A stretch of DNA of 64,000 bases from a virus, in the IMG/VR virus record IMGVR_UViG_2721755586_000001, positions 24,063 to 88,062 of that record, one strand, 5' to 3'. This document shows, in pieces, positions 42,540 through 51,132 of the stretch. Within the stretch, counting starts at the first letter, position 1. Each line of letters opens with the position of its first letter. Both the position numbers and the translations under genes were made by a program. The notes under the pieces are model-generated. The model was given only the letters and a program-made list of their open reading frames with translations, was not told where the DNA came from and made no database searches.

Positions 42540-42574
42540 AACTATATAACCACCAACAAACCAAAAGGGAGAGA

Positions 42575-44443
42575 TTGAAAATGACAGCAGTTTTAAAAAT
42601 TAATGAAGAATTGAATGGAATCGAATTATATTTTGATAATAAGCCAGGAAATGAAACATTGACACATTTAAAATCTAACGGTTTTCGATACTCTGGCTTT
42701 AAAAAATGTTGGTGGAGTAAACGTACTAATGAATCTTTAAGAGTTGCTAAAGATATTACTAAAAATAAAATTACATATATTGAAACGAAAAATCAAAATA
42801 AAAAAGTGAAAAAGAATGACTTTAACCTCTGGAATGCTACACAGTGGGAACCATTTGAAGTTAATAAAGAACAAGATGTGAAATTGATTTCTAAAGAAAT
42901 TAAAAAACACCTTACACAACGTTTCCCAGGCTTCAAGTTCTCTGTGAGAACAGGCGGAAATTATATGTACAGCAGCATCGACATAGAAATCAAGAAAACA
43001 CCGTATGAGAAAAAGAGCGCTTATCTTTCTGCGGTTCGTGTCTATTGTGAAACTTTACTTAATCACTACCGAAACTGTTACGATGCTGCAGATCCCTACA
43101 CAGATTATGCGGGCAGCTATAATTTTTACGGTAACGTGTCAATCGATTGGGAATATTCACAATCAGAACAAACTGATGGGATTAAAGCTGACTGTGACCT
43201 ATATGACCAAAAATCAGAAGAAAAGGCAAAAGAGGAAAAACTAAAGAAAGAAGCAGAATTTGAACAATATCTTGAAGAAGAAGAAAGAAGAAAAAAAGAA
43301 TATCAAAGAAAGCAGCTTGATGAGTCTGAAAAGGCAGAAGAAATAAATTCATCTGTTGAAATTAAAGAGCTTAGTGAAGAAAATCAATATTACGTGATGA
43401 ATTCAAAATTTGCGAAATTAAACAAGAATAATTCAATAACAGAATATAAAACTGAAGTTGAAAAAGGTGATTATTCCAAAGAAGATGTAAAAATCACTAA
43501 AGAAATTCACTTTAATAAAGCTAATGCTTATGAAAATTTCGAAAATATGTTAATGACTAGCTTTGAATTCTTAAACGAAACGGGCGGTAGTTTCACCGAA
43601 GATAAAAGGATCAATTCTTATTTAGATTATGACATGATGGACGAATTTGAGAAAAGAACAGTTAAGTGGTTTAGAAAAGGCGTAGCGGTTTATTTTGATG
43701 GTGAATTGAAGTTTATTGTGGATGCTCAAGGTCATTCTTATGCGAGATATGTGGGATTAGTTGAGGGCTGTGAAATCAAAAAAACAGTTGAGCAGCAACA
43801 AACGTTAAAAGAAAAGGATTTAAAGGAATTAATCACTCAAGCCAATAAAATAGAAGATATTTCAACATCAATTATTGCAGAATTAGACTTGTTGGACACA
43901 TGGAAAAACGAAGGCTGGAAAGCTTACAAAAAAGCATTGAAAAAAGAAATGTTGTTGGCCAATATTAATCTTTCAAAGAATACTATTCAACAAATTGACA
44001 TACCAGAACTTAAGCAAAATCTTTATAAGTTGTTGATGGAAGTAGAAGGAATCCAAGAACAATTTGAACAAGCCTTTTTGAAAATGGGTGAAAAATACAC
44101 GCTTTGTTATATATCTGATTTAGGGTCATTTATTACACAACAAATCACCTTCGATTCTTTTGAGTCAACTAATTATGCTCAGTACGAAAATGCTGTGAAA
44201 CTTGTCTTTAAGCCTCAAAACAAAAGAAAATTGTACTACACCCATTTTTATTCCGATTTATTAATTTTTAAAGGGTGGCATGAACTTCCTGAAAATGTTT
44301 TGAATAATGTTAAAGAATCTAAAGGTTTCTTAACTATATCCAGCAAGTATCATTCTTGTGATAAGAAACAGTTTGATGAGGTATTGAATTATTTCAAAAA
44401 ACAAGATATAGAACCTATTATAAACACATATCGAACAAATTAA
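42575..44443 (+). CDS. Large multidomain early protein with LPD29-like domain
   Basis: IELYFDNKP...LKSNGFRYSGFKKCWW N-terminal module and KEIKKHLTQRFPGFKFSVR (LPD29-like) motif. Confidence 0.6.
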   Translation: MKMTAVLKINEELNGIELYFDNKPGNETLTHLKSNGFRYSGFKKCWWSKRTNESLRVAKDITKNKITYIETKNQNKKVKKNDFNLWNATQWEPFEVNKEQDVKLISKEIKKHLTQRFPGFKFSVRTGGNYMYSSIDIEIKKTPYEKKSAYLSAVRVYCETLLNHYRNCYDAADPYTDYAGSYNFYGNVSIDWEYSQSEQTDGIKADCDLYDQKSEEKAKEEKLKKEAEFEQYLEEEERRKKEYQRKQLDESEKAEEINSSVEIKELSEENQYYVMNSKFAKLNKNNSITEYKTEVEKGDYSKEDVKITKEIHFNKANAYENFENMLMTSFEFLNETGGSFTEDKRINSYLDYDMMDEFEKRTVKWFRKGVAVYFDGELKFIVDAQGHSYARYVGLVEGCEIKKTVEQQQTLKEKDLKELITQANKIEDISTSIIAELDLLDTWKNEGWKAYKKALKKEMLLANINLSKNTIQQIDIPELKQNLYKLLMEVEGIQEQFEQAFLKMGEKYTLCYISDLGSFITQQITFDSFESTNYAQYENAVKLVFKPQNKRKLYYTHFYSDLLIFKGWHELPENVLNNVKESKGFLTISSKYHSCDKKQFDEVLNYFKKQDIEPIINTYRTN

Positions 44444-44496
44444 ATTTAATAGGGAACGTATAATTAAAACTTGCGTTCCCTTATAAAGGAGAAACT

Positions 44497-46101
44497 ATGT
44501 TTAAAGAGAATCCAGATTTTTATCCCACGCCAGCAAGCTTAATAAACAAAATGAATAAAAAAATAGTTTGGAAGAATATTAAAACAGTATTAGAGCCTTC
44601 AGCGGGTTCAGGCAATTTGGTGGAAGCAATACATAAACAATTTGATTACACAAAAGCTTACAGACGTGATTTAAAATATGATATCGATGTTATTGAACAT
44701 GATGAAAATTTGCGCCACGTCTTAAAAGGGAAAAATTTTAGAGTTATTTCTGATGACTTTATATCTTTTAATACATACAAGAAATATGATCTTATATTTA
44801 TGAATCCTCCTTTCAGTAGTGGAGATAAGCATTTATTGAAGGCTATTGATTTGATTGAATCACAGAATAGAGCGGGGCAGATTGTTTGTTTGTTAAACGC
44901 TGAAACTTTAAAAAATCCCTATTCTAATGACAGAAAACACCTGATGAGAAAGTTGACTGACCTTGATGCAGATGTTGAATTTGTAAAAGATGCATTTGCT
45001 TACTCTGAAAGAAAGACTAGGGTTGAAACAGCTTTAGTTTATATAAAAATTGATAACGGTGAATATAACAGTGTTCTTTTAGATGAATTGCAAAGGGATG
45101 AAAGCCACAAACTTTCAAATGATTATAAATCAACTCAATTAATTGATTCTGACTACATAAGGGGAATTGTTGAGCAATTTAACTATGAGCTTAAAGCAGG
45201 CTTGAAACTTATAAATGAATACAATAGTATGAAACCGTTAATCTTAAATAGTTTTAAAGAAACTTCTAAACCGATACTAAAATTAGAATTGGATTCTTCT
45301 GCAAATAACTATACAGAAGATATGGAAAACGAATTTATTAAAAGTGTAAGGCAAAAGTATTGGAATACACTGTTTAATAATGCTGAATTCATGAGTCTTT
45401 TTACAAGCAATCTAAAGCAAAAATATTTGCAGCATGTCGAAGAGTTAAAAGATTATGATTTCTCATTATTCAACATATATACATTAAGAATACAAATGAG
45501 CAAAGAAATGATTCAGGGAGTCGAAGAAACCATTCTAAATTTGTTTGAAGAGTTCAGTCATAAGCATTATTATGATAAAACATCAAAGAATGTTCACTTA
45601 TATAACGGATGGAAAACAAACAAATCTTATAAAATAAACAAAAAAGTTGTAATCCCACTCAATGGCTATGGTACGTGGGACGGTAAATATGATCCAACTT
45701 ACTATACAGTTATGGATAAACTCAAAGATATCGAAAAAGTATTCAACTACCTAGACAATGGCCTTACTGACGATGTTAATATTGATGAAGTTTTAAAACT
45801 GTCTAAACACTATGGAGAAACGAAAAAAATTAATTTGAAATATTTTTACTTAACATTTTACAAAAAAGGGACATGCCATATTGAATTTAAAAATGATGAG
45901 ATTTTAAAGAAGTTCAATATTTTCGGAAGTCAGAAAAAAGGGTGGTTGCCACCATCATACGGTAATACAGAGTATACTGAAATGAACGAAGAGGAAAGAG
46001 CGGTTGTCAATGAATTCGAAGGTGAGAGAGAATATAGCAAGACAATGAAAAACAAAGGTTATTATATGTTAGATACATCAAAGGTTTTAATGTTAACATA
46101 A
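44497..46101 (+). CDS. Orphan SAM-dependent (probably N6-adenine DNA) methyltransferase with DUF4942-like C-terminus
   Basis: DFYPTP, VLEPSAGSG (motif I), MNPPF (motif IV); YKKGTCHIEF C-terminal pattern. No adjacent restriction endonuclease. Confidence 0.8.
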   Translation: MFKENPDFYPTPASLINKMNKKIVWKNIKTVLEPSAGSGNLVEAIHKQFDYTKAYRRDLKYDIDVIEHDENLRHVLKGKNFRVISDDFISFNTYKKYDLIFMNPPFSSGDKHLLKAIDLIESQNRAGQIVCLLNAETLKNPYSNDRKHLMRKLTDLDADVEFVKDAFAYSERKTRVETALVYIKIDNGEYNSVLLDELQRDESHKLSNDYKSTQLIDSDYIRGIVEQFNYELKAGLKLINEYNSMKPLILNSFKETSKPILKLELDSSANNYTEDMENEFIKSVRQKYWNTLFNNAEFMSLFTSNLKQKYLQHVEELKDYDFSLFNIYTLRIQMSKEMIQGVEETILNLFEEFSHKHYYDKTSKNVHLYNGWKTNKSYKINKKVVIPLNGYGTWDGKYDPTYYTVMDKLKDIEKVFNYLDNGLTDDVNIDEVLKLSKHYGETKKINLKYFYLTFYKKGTCHIEFKNDEILKKFNIFGSQKKGWLPPSYGNTEYTEMNEEERAVVNEFEGEREYSKTMKNKGYYMLDTSKVLMLT

Positions 46102-46126
46102 AAATATAAATAACATATAAAAACCA

Positions 46127-46155
46127 TTTACAATAATACAAATTACATATATAAT
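46127..46155 (+). promoter_or_regulatory. sigA promoter with SPBRE-like operator in the spacer
   Basis: TTTACA-N17-TATAAT; the spacer contains ACAAATTACATA. Confidence 0.8.
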
Positions 46156-46193
46156 AAAGATATAGAAAAACCGCAGATGAAGTAAGTCATCGG

Positions 46194-46475
46194 GTGCTGA
46201 GAGGGACTAAGATGAAGAAATATAATCAAAAGAAAATTCAAAATGAAGAATACAGCATTCAAGAAGAAACAGGTTATAAGGTCATTTATAGAGTCCACTC
46301 AGCAGCATCTGAGCCAGTCGCCGTCATTTATCCTGGAACAGAACAAGGAAGATTCAATATTGACGTACGGTATCTAGATAAAGAGTTTGGATTCAAAAGT
46401 GAAGAAGAAGCGGTAGGAACCGCCATACATCTTCATGAGAAGGTTTATGCAGCCTTGGTATCGAGATTAAAATAA
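46194..46475 (+). CDS. Small hypothetical protein
   Basis: ORF after promoter. The likely start is MKKYNQ, after GAGGGA. Confidence 0.6.
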   Translation: MLRGTKMKKYNQKKIQNEEYSIQEETGYKVIYRVHSAASEPVAVIYPGTEQGRFNIDVRYLDKEFGFKSEEEAVGTAIHLHEKVYAALVSRLK

Positions 46476-46508
46476 AATTCTAATTTTATATAGAAAAGAG
46501 GTATTGAT

Positions 46509-46736
46509 GTGAAAAATTACCGAGGTCATACACTTAATAGAAATCAAGCAGAGGCATTAAAAGAAGTAATACTTGCTATGGGAAGTTTACAAGAGAAAGC
46601 ACAGGAAAAAGAGAAGTGTTCAACTGAATCAGTTGATAATTTAATCTGTAAAGTTGAGAGTTTTTTAAATGAATTAGAAGCAACTGATCCGTTAGTAATA
46701 GGGGAGATCATTGATGATAAGGAATATCACCAATGA
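46509..46736 (+). CDS. Small hypothetical protein
   Basis: 75 aa, RBS AAGAGG. Confidence 0.6.
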   Translation: MKNYRGHTLNRNQAEALKEVILAMGSLQEKAQEKEKCSTESVDNLICKVESFLNELEATDPLVIGEIIDDKEYHQ

Positions 46737-46785
46737 GATAAAATGTTTCTTTTATACATAATGGAATTGTTTTTAATAAAGGGGG

Positions 46786-47052
46786 ATGATTATTATCGCA
46801 AACAAAGGAGATATTCTTGTATTCAAAGACGGTCAAGAATGTATGGTTGTCGAAAATAAAATAAGTCAAGGCAGCTACAATGAAAAAGGCGAATACCATA
46901 GCTGGGATGACAGTAGGTGGATTTTAGTTGATTTGGCAACAGGAAGTGTTGTCTTACATTATCGCTACAATATCCGATATGAAGATGGATTGCCCTATAT
47001 ACCTTTGTGGGGCGGGGTTACAAAAGTTAAAACAAGGGAGCAGAATAAATAA
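46786..47052 (+). CDS. Small hypothetical protein
   Basis: 88 aa, RBS AAAGGGGG. Confidence 0.6.
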   Translation: MIIIANKGDILVFKDGQECMVVENKISQGSYNEKGEYHSWDDSRWILVDLATGSVVLHYRYNIRYEDGLPYIPLWGGVTKVKTREQNK

Positions 47053-47118
47053 GTGCGCTTGAATGAAAATTAGATAAAACATGAGTTTTAAACAAATAAA
47101 TAACATATGATTTAAGGG

Positions 47119-47367
47119 GTGTTGATTATGGATTATAAAGAAATGTTTGAAGTGAAGGAAGAAATCAGAAAAAGTATAGAGGAAGCAGCTAAAAAAGCTG
47201 CAGAAACAGTATTTGCGAGCATTGATAAGGAAACATTCGAAAGTGCTGTCATAACAGGGTATATCGCTAGGAGAGTTTTTCAAGAAGCTTTTGATTTTAA
47301 GTATGAGACTCTGCTAATGGTCTCTGATGAAATAAAACCTGCATACGTAGTGAGTGGTAAAGAATGA
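47119..47367 (+). CDS. Small hypothetical protein
   Basis: 82 aa, RBS AAGGGG. Confidence 0.55.
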   Translation: MLIMDYKEMFEVKEEIRKSIEEAAKKAAETVFASIDKETFESAVITGYIARRVFQEAFDFKYETLLMVSDEIKPAYVVSGKE

Positions 47368-47474
47368 AATCAATTCAAGAGCGGTTATTAAAACGGCGGG
47401 ATGATTTAATCAGTATTGCTGTGTTTAGTCTATTGGCCATTATGCTGCTTTGTGCATTTGTTTATTCAGGATAA
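47364..47474 (+). CDS. Very small single-TM protein (36 aa, not in track)
   Basis: MKSIQERLLKRRDDLISIAVFSLLAIMLLCAFVYSG; ATGA overlap with the upstream stop. Confidence 0.5.
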   Translation: MKSIQERLLKRRDDLISIAVFSLLAIMLLCAFVYSG

Positions 47475-47508
47475 ATTATAAATTACATATACGAAAGAGG
47501 TGGATAGT

Positions 47509-47667
47509 ATGCGAGAAATAATCAAGAAAGAACTTTCAAAACCAAACATGCACAATATGTTTAAATGTTGGGCTGATCAGGAACAAATTTTAGATGAACT
47601 TGAAGTAGGGTACTTAGGTTTTGATGGCAGCGTAGAGGAATACTTAAACCATAAATTAAATTACTAA
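47509..47667 (+). CDS. Small hypothetical protein (52 aa, not in track)
   Basis: RBS AGAGGTGG; MREIIKKELSKPNMHNMFKCWADQEQILDELEVGYLGFDGSVEEYLNHKLNY. Confidence 0.6.
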   Translation: MREIIKKELSKPNMHNMFKCWADQEQILDELEVGYLGFDGSVEEYLNHKLNY

Positions 47668-47694
47668 GCTTCTACATAAAAAGGGGAATGGCCA

Positions 47695-47868
47695 GTGCCA
47701 ATTGGAAAACAATTAAAACAAAAATTAGCTAACACAAATGCTTTTGAGAAGAAACATAATGAATTCTTAGAAGAAATTAAAGAATTTAAAAATAATAAAG
47801 AACTCCAAAATGAATATAAACGTGTTCAAGATACTCTAAAAGAGAGAGAGGAGGAAACGAAAATATGA
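47695..47868 (+). CDS. Small charged helical protein (57 aa, not in track)
   Basis: GTG start after AAGGGG; MPIGKQLKQKLANTNAFEKKHNEF...EEETKI. Confidence 0.5.
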   Translation: MPIGKQLKQKLANTNAFEKKHNEFLEEIKEFKNNKELQNEYKRVQDTLKEREEETKI

Positions 47869-47945
47869 GAGATTCATGTTCGTTTATATGTTATGATATA
47901 TATGGCACTTAGGGTGAATTTTAGGTAATTCAAAAGGGGAATATC

Positions 47946-48509
47946 ATGAACATTTTAATATTTTTTGTTGCTGTTCTTGTGTTTAATTTCATATATAACT
48001 ACTATAAATATTTAAGTTGCAAAAAATATATTGAATGGTATGAAAAGTGGTGCGTATATCCTGATTTTGATGTGAATTTGGTTGAACACAAATCAGTTGT
48101 AAAATCACTTGTTGAAAATGCTGGAATAAAAAATACTAAAATTCCATATGAGCAGATGGGAATAAGCTCTAAACAGTATATGCTTATTGATTTTCTTGAT
48201 CAATTTCCAGCGAGAGAAAAAAGTATCGCCTTTCCCATCTTGAGAGCAATAGCTGAAGCAAAAGGTGTATATAAAAAAAGAATGGGCTCTTCATATAATC
48301 CATTAGCATGGATTGAATTCGCCATATATTTTCCAAGTAAGATTTTAAAATTTATTGGATCTAGAGAAGAAAGTGCAATTTCAAAAATCCTCAATTTTGT
48401 GTGGTGGATAGTTGGGGTTATTATTATTCCAATTCTAATTGCTACTTATACATCAGAATTAAGCATCTTTATAAGAAGCGTTTTCGAAAAAATCTCTGAA
48501 TTTTATTAA
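47946..48509 (+). CDS. Membrane protein (N- and C-terminal TM segments)
   Basis: 187 aa; hydrophobic N-terminus and FVWWIVGVIIIPILIATY segment; RBS AAGGGG. Confidence 0.7.
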   Translation: MNILIFFVAVLVFNFIYNYYKYLSCKKYIEWYEKWCVYPDFDVNLVEHKSVVKSLVENAGIKNTKIPYEQMGISSKQYMLIDFLDQFPAREKSIAFPILRAIAEAKGVYKKRMGSSYNPLAWIEFAIYFPSKILKFIGSREESAISKILNFVWWIVGVIIIPILIATYTSELSIFIRSVFEKISEFY

Positions 48510-48563
48510 ATTTAAAAGCAAAAAACAGATAAAAGAAGTATTTCATTTAGAAGGTGATTAAAC

Positions 48564-48596
48564 ATGATTATTGAAGCAATTAAAGTTGGAGGTTAA
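48564..48596 (+). CDS. Mini-ORF, peptide MIIEAIKVGG
   Basis: RBS AAGGTGA 6 nt upstream; ATG ATT ATT GAA GCA ATT AAA GTT GGA GGT TAA. Confidence 0.6.
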   Translation: MIIEAIKVGG

Positions 48597-48616
48597 GGGT
48601 TATAGGAGGTGAGATT

Positions 48617-48643
48617 ATGGCTGATATTCGCCCAGGAGGATAA
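48617..48643 (+). CDS. Mini-ORF, peptide MADIRPGG
   Basis: Near-perfect RBS AGGAGGTGA 4 nt upstream; ATG GCT GAT ATT CGC CCA GGA GGA TAA; followed directly by a terminator. Confidence 0.7.
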   Translation: MADIRPGG

Positions 48644-48669
48644 GAGGGGAGGGATTAAACCCTCTTTTT
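48642..48669 (+). terminator. Intrinsic terminator after the mini-ORFs
   Basis: GAGGG-ATTAAA-CCCTC (extendable to AAGAGGG/CCCTCTT) plus T-run. Confidence 0.7.
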
Positions 48670-48819
48670 CATTCCGCATTTGGCGCATTTACGTATGAAT
48701 TCACCTTTTGATATAGTGGACTTAAATTGAGCTGTATCACAATTGTCGCATCGTCCACTATTCTTATCAGGGTGTTCTCGTATGTCGTAGATCTTTTCTA
48801 AATCAATTTCTTTCAACAT
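48655..48819 (-). CDS. Small zinc-ribbon protein (54 aa, not in track)
   Basis: RBS AAGGAG; MLKEIDLEKIYDIREHPDKNSGRCDNCDTAQFKSTISKGEFIRKCAKCGMKKRV has CxxC...CxxC. Confidence 0.75.
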   Translation of the reverse strand: MLKEIDLEKIYDIREHPDKNSGRCDNCDTAQFKSTISKGEFIRKCAKCGMKKRV

Positions 48820-48970
48820 GATTTAATTTCTCCTTAGAGCAAGTATTTAAGTGTTTATTATAGTATATGATCAAACAAAATTAAACTCCTTATAATAAAC
48901 AACAAATTACATATATTCAGTTGACACAGAATTGAAATTATAGTAAATTTATTGTAGGGAGTGGGATCAT

Positions 48971-50128
48971 ATGAATCTTAAAACATACATAAAAAATAAA
49001 TGTGAAAATGATTCTTCTTTGGCTATGAAATTAGCTAAGATAGCGGGCTATTCGGATAGAACTGGCCTTTACAAATTTTTAAATAGCTCTAACAAAGAAA
49101 TGGATGACTTGAGCAATCTTATAAATTTAGTTAGAGAAGTTGATCAAGAAAGAGAAATTGAAATAATTAGCACCTATATCACAACACTCGACCCTAACAA
49201 GTCGGCTGCGAGACAAGCTGTAGAATATTTAGATGCTAATCAACTTGGTGAAGAAACAGATGAACTTGTTGTTAAATTATGCAACGCCAGCAACGCATTA
49301 AGCAAAGAGTGGGGGAATGTATATCGCATACATAGAATGCTCACAAAAGGTGAAATTGATTTAACATCTGCTATCAAAGAAACTGGCACTATAAAAATTA
49401 AGAGTGAAGAAATGTTTGTATTTGCAAGGATGATGACATTATATGAATACCTAAACTCAGGTGAGTTTGGTCTAATGAAGAGTACATCAGCATATATTGA
49501 TCTTTCTAATTTAAAAAAGGGGTATGTTAAAGACTCTTTTAGTTCAAGGTATTTGCTGCTTATGGCCAACGTGTTTTTAAATGACAACAATTTAAAGCCC
49601 CTCAGAGACTACTGTGATCAGATTATAACTGAAGATGTTAAGGTGAATCGGTTTCAAGTGTTTGCTCATCTGACCTGCGGAAATTCTTATGTATTTGATG
49701 ATTATAAGAAAGCAAAAACATACTACATCAACGGTTTGAAATTCGCTAAAAATAGTTTTCATAAATACAAACTTACATCAGCTTTGGCATTTTTAGAAAA
49801 CATTTGGGAAGTAAGAGAAAATAAATATCTCGAACAGGAACCTAAAAATGATTCTGATTATATAGAACTTGCACATCACTTTATGCTTAATGATCAGACA
49901 GATAAAATGATGGATGTGTTCAATAAATTAGATTCAACTACTATGCATGACAATGATTTAGGGTTCCTGTACTACGTTAAAGGTATATTCTATAAAGATA
50001 AAGGCTGTTTCTTGAAATCAGTTAAACATTTCAAGAAATCAGATGATAAATATTTTATTAAACTGCCTTTAATTAAATTAAAGAATATGGGCATAGAAAA
50101 TGAAATTTTAGAACTTTTGGCTATTTGA
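48971..50128 (+). CDS. aimR: Arbitrium receptor AimR (RRNPP family, HTH + TPR)
   Basis: 385 aa; N-terminal KLAKIAGYSDRTGLYKFLN HTH, LDPNKSAARQAVEY and TPR-like helices; followed by aimP; TTGACA promoter at 48921. Confidence 0.92.
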   Translation: MNLKTYIKNKCENDSSLAMKLAKIAGYSDRTGLYKFLNSSNKEMDDLSNLINLVREVDQEREIEIISTYITTLDPNKSAARQAVEYLDANQLGEETDELVVKLCNASNALSKEWGNVYRIHRMLTKGEIDLTSAIKETGTIKIKSEEMFVFARMMTLYEYLNSGEFGLMKSTSAYIDLSNLKKGYVKDSFSSRYLLLMANVFLNDNNLKPLRDYCDQIITEDVKVNRFQVFAHLTCGNSYVFDDYKKAKTYYINGLKFAKNSFHKYKLTSALAFLENIWEVRENKYLEQEPKNDSDYIELAHHFMLNDQTDKMMDVFNKLDSTTMHDNDLGFLYYVKGIFYKDKGCFLKSVKHFKKSDDKYFIKLPLIKLKNMGIENEILELLAI

Positions 50129-50156
50129 GTTTTAAGCTTGAAAGGAGGTGAGATAT

Positions 50157-50282
50157 ATGAAGAAATTAGTTATGGCTTTAGTTTTAGTTGCAGCGGTAGC
50201 AGGCGTATTCTCTGGCACACAGCAATCAATTGCTATGGATGCTGAAAAAGTGTCAACATCATCTGCTTCTAGAGGAGCTTAG
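50157..50282 (+). CDS. aimP: Arbitrium pro-peptide AimP, predicted mature peptide SASRGA (not in track)
   Basis: RBS AAAGGAGGTG; MKKLVMALVLVAAVAGVFSGTQQSIAMDAEKVSTSSASRGA = signal peptide plus C-terminal xxxRGA as in SPbeta/phi3T. Confidence 0.93.
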   Translation: MKKLVMALVLVAAVAGVFSGTQQSIAMDAEKVSTSSASRGA

Positions 50283-50297
50283 TAATCGTTTGTAGTT

Positions 50298-50324
50298 AAG
50301 GGATAGAAATATCCCCTTTTTCTT
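50298..50324 (+). terminator. Terminator after aimP
   Basis: GGGATA-GAAA-TATCCC plus T-rich tail. Confidence 0.8.
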
Positions 50325-50415
50325 GAAATTTTAAGAATGACAATATATAATCTAATGAATAATAGTGGTACATAATATGACGTATAACCCTTTAGGGGTT
50401 TGCGTCATTTTGTAT
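50323..50415 (+). promoter_or_regulatory. Promoter plus short terminated transcript at the aimX position
   Basis: TTGAAA-N17-TATAAT (50323-50351); hairpin ATGACG...AACCC-TTTA-GGGGTT...CGTCAT (50377-50408) plus T-run. Confidence 0.55.
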
Positions 50416-50502
50416 TTTTAAGACAATATGCCAATTTTTCCGAAATTGAATAATGATCTTACAAAAGCACATTGAAAATGTGCTATTTGTCGTGAAAAAA
50501 GC

Positions 50503-50531
50503 TTTACATATAAGTTTTTATCCATTAAACT
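50503..50531 (+). promoter_or_regulatory. Probable promoter of the sro (yopM-yopR) operon
   Basis: TTTACA-N17-TAAACT upstream of the RBS AGGAGG at ~50562. Confidence 0.55.
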
Positions 50532-50573
50532 ATAAATAAGACATACGGAAATATGTAATTTAGGAGGAGAATT

Positions 50574-50759
50574 ATGTTAGCTGCTAGAAAAGACAATGTT
50601 ATAAATTTCAATAAAACTGTTTATGCTCGTAAGATAGATAAATTCGGGGGAGAATGGTTTAATCACCAAGAAAACAAAAATAACATAGATAAGGAATTTA
50701 AAAAAGAACAAATTAGAAAGTCGATGATTGAAGGATATATGAAATTATTGAATAGTTAG
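50574..50759 (+). CDS. First gene of sro repression operon (YopM/SroA position)
   Basis: 61 aa, strong RBS; called from synteny after aimP. Confidence 0.65.
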   Translation: MLAARKDNVINFNKTVYARKIDKFGGEWFNHQENKNNIDKEFKKEQIRKSMIEGYMKLLNS

Positions 50760-50771
50760 GAGGTAAGGCCA

Positions 50772-51080
50772 GTGATTGCATCACCAGAAAAAAGCTGTGC
50801 GGACATTGAGTATCAATACGAAATAATCAACAGCTTAAAAGAAGAACTTGTATATTTACGCAGCATAAGTTTATCAATTAATTCACCAGTTGCTCTATAT
50901 AAGGTTAAACAAGCTGTATTTGAGTATTTAAAACAAATAGATGAGTTTTCTTTTAATCAAACCGTATTGACAAACACTTACACTGGAGATCTTCTCGCAG
51001 CCTACCGTAAGAGAATGGAATTTATAAAAGAACTTCGCAAATCCGTTGAGTATGAATTTGAATACTTTATCACTACATAA
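50772..51080 (+). CDS. YopN/SroB-position protein
   Basis: 102 aa, RBS AGGAGG; called from synteny. Confidence 0.6.
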   Translation: MIASPEKSCADIEYQYEIINSLKEELVYLRSISLSINSPVALYKVKQAVFEYLKQIDEFSFNQTVLTNTYTGDLLAAYRKRMEFIKELRKSVEYEFEYFITT

Positions 51081-51132
51081 ATTTAACACCAATGGCCAGG
51101 GCATCTAAGATACATAAGCATTCGAAGGAGAT

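Noticed and set aside
50283-50573. AimR operator (6-bp inverted repeat with 25-bp spacer)
   Set aside because: I could not find a convincing match by eye. ATGACG-N20-CGTCAT has the wrong spacing and looks like a terminator hairpin.
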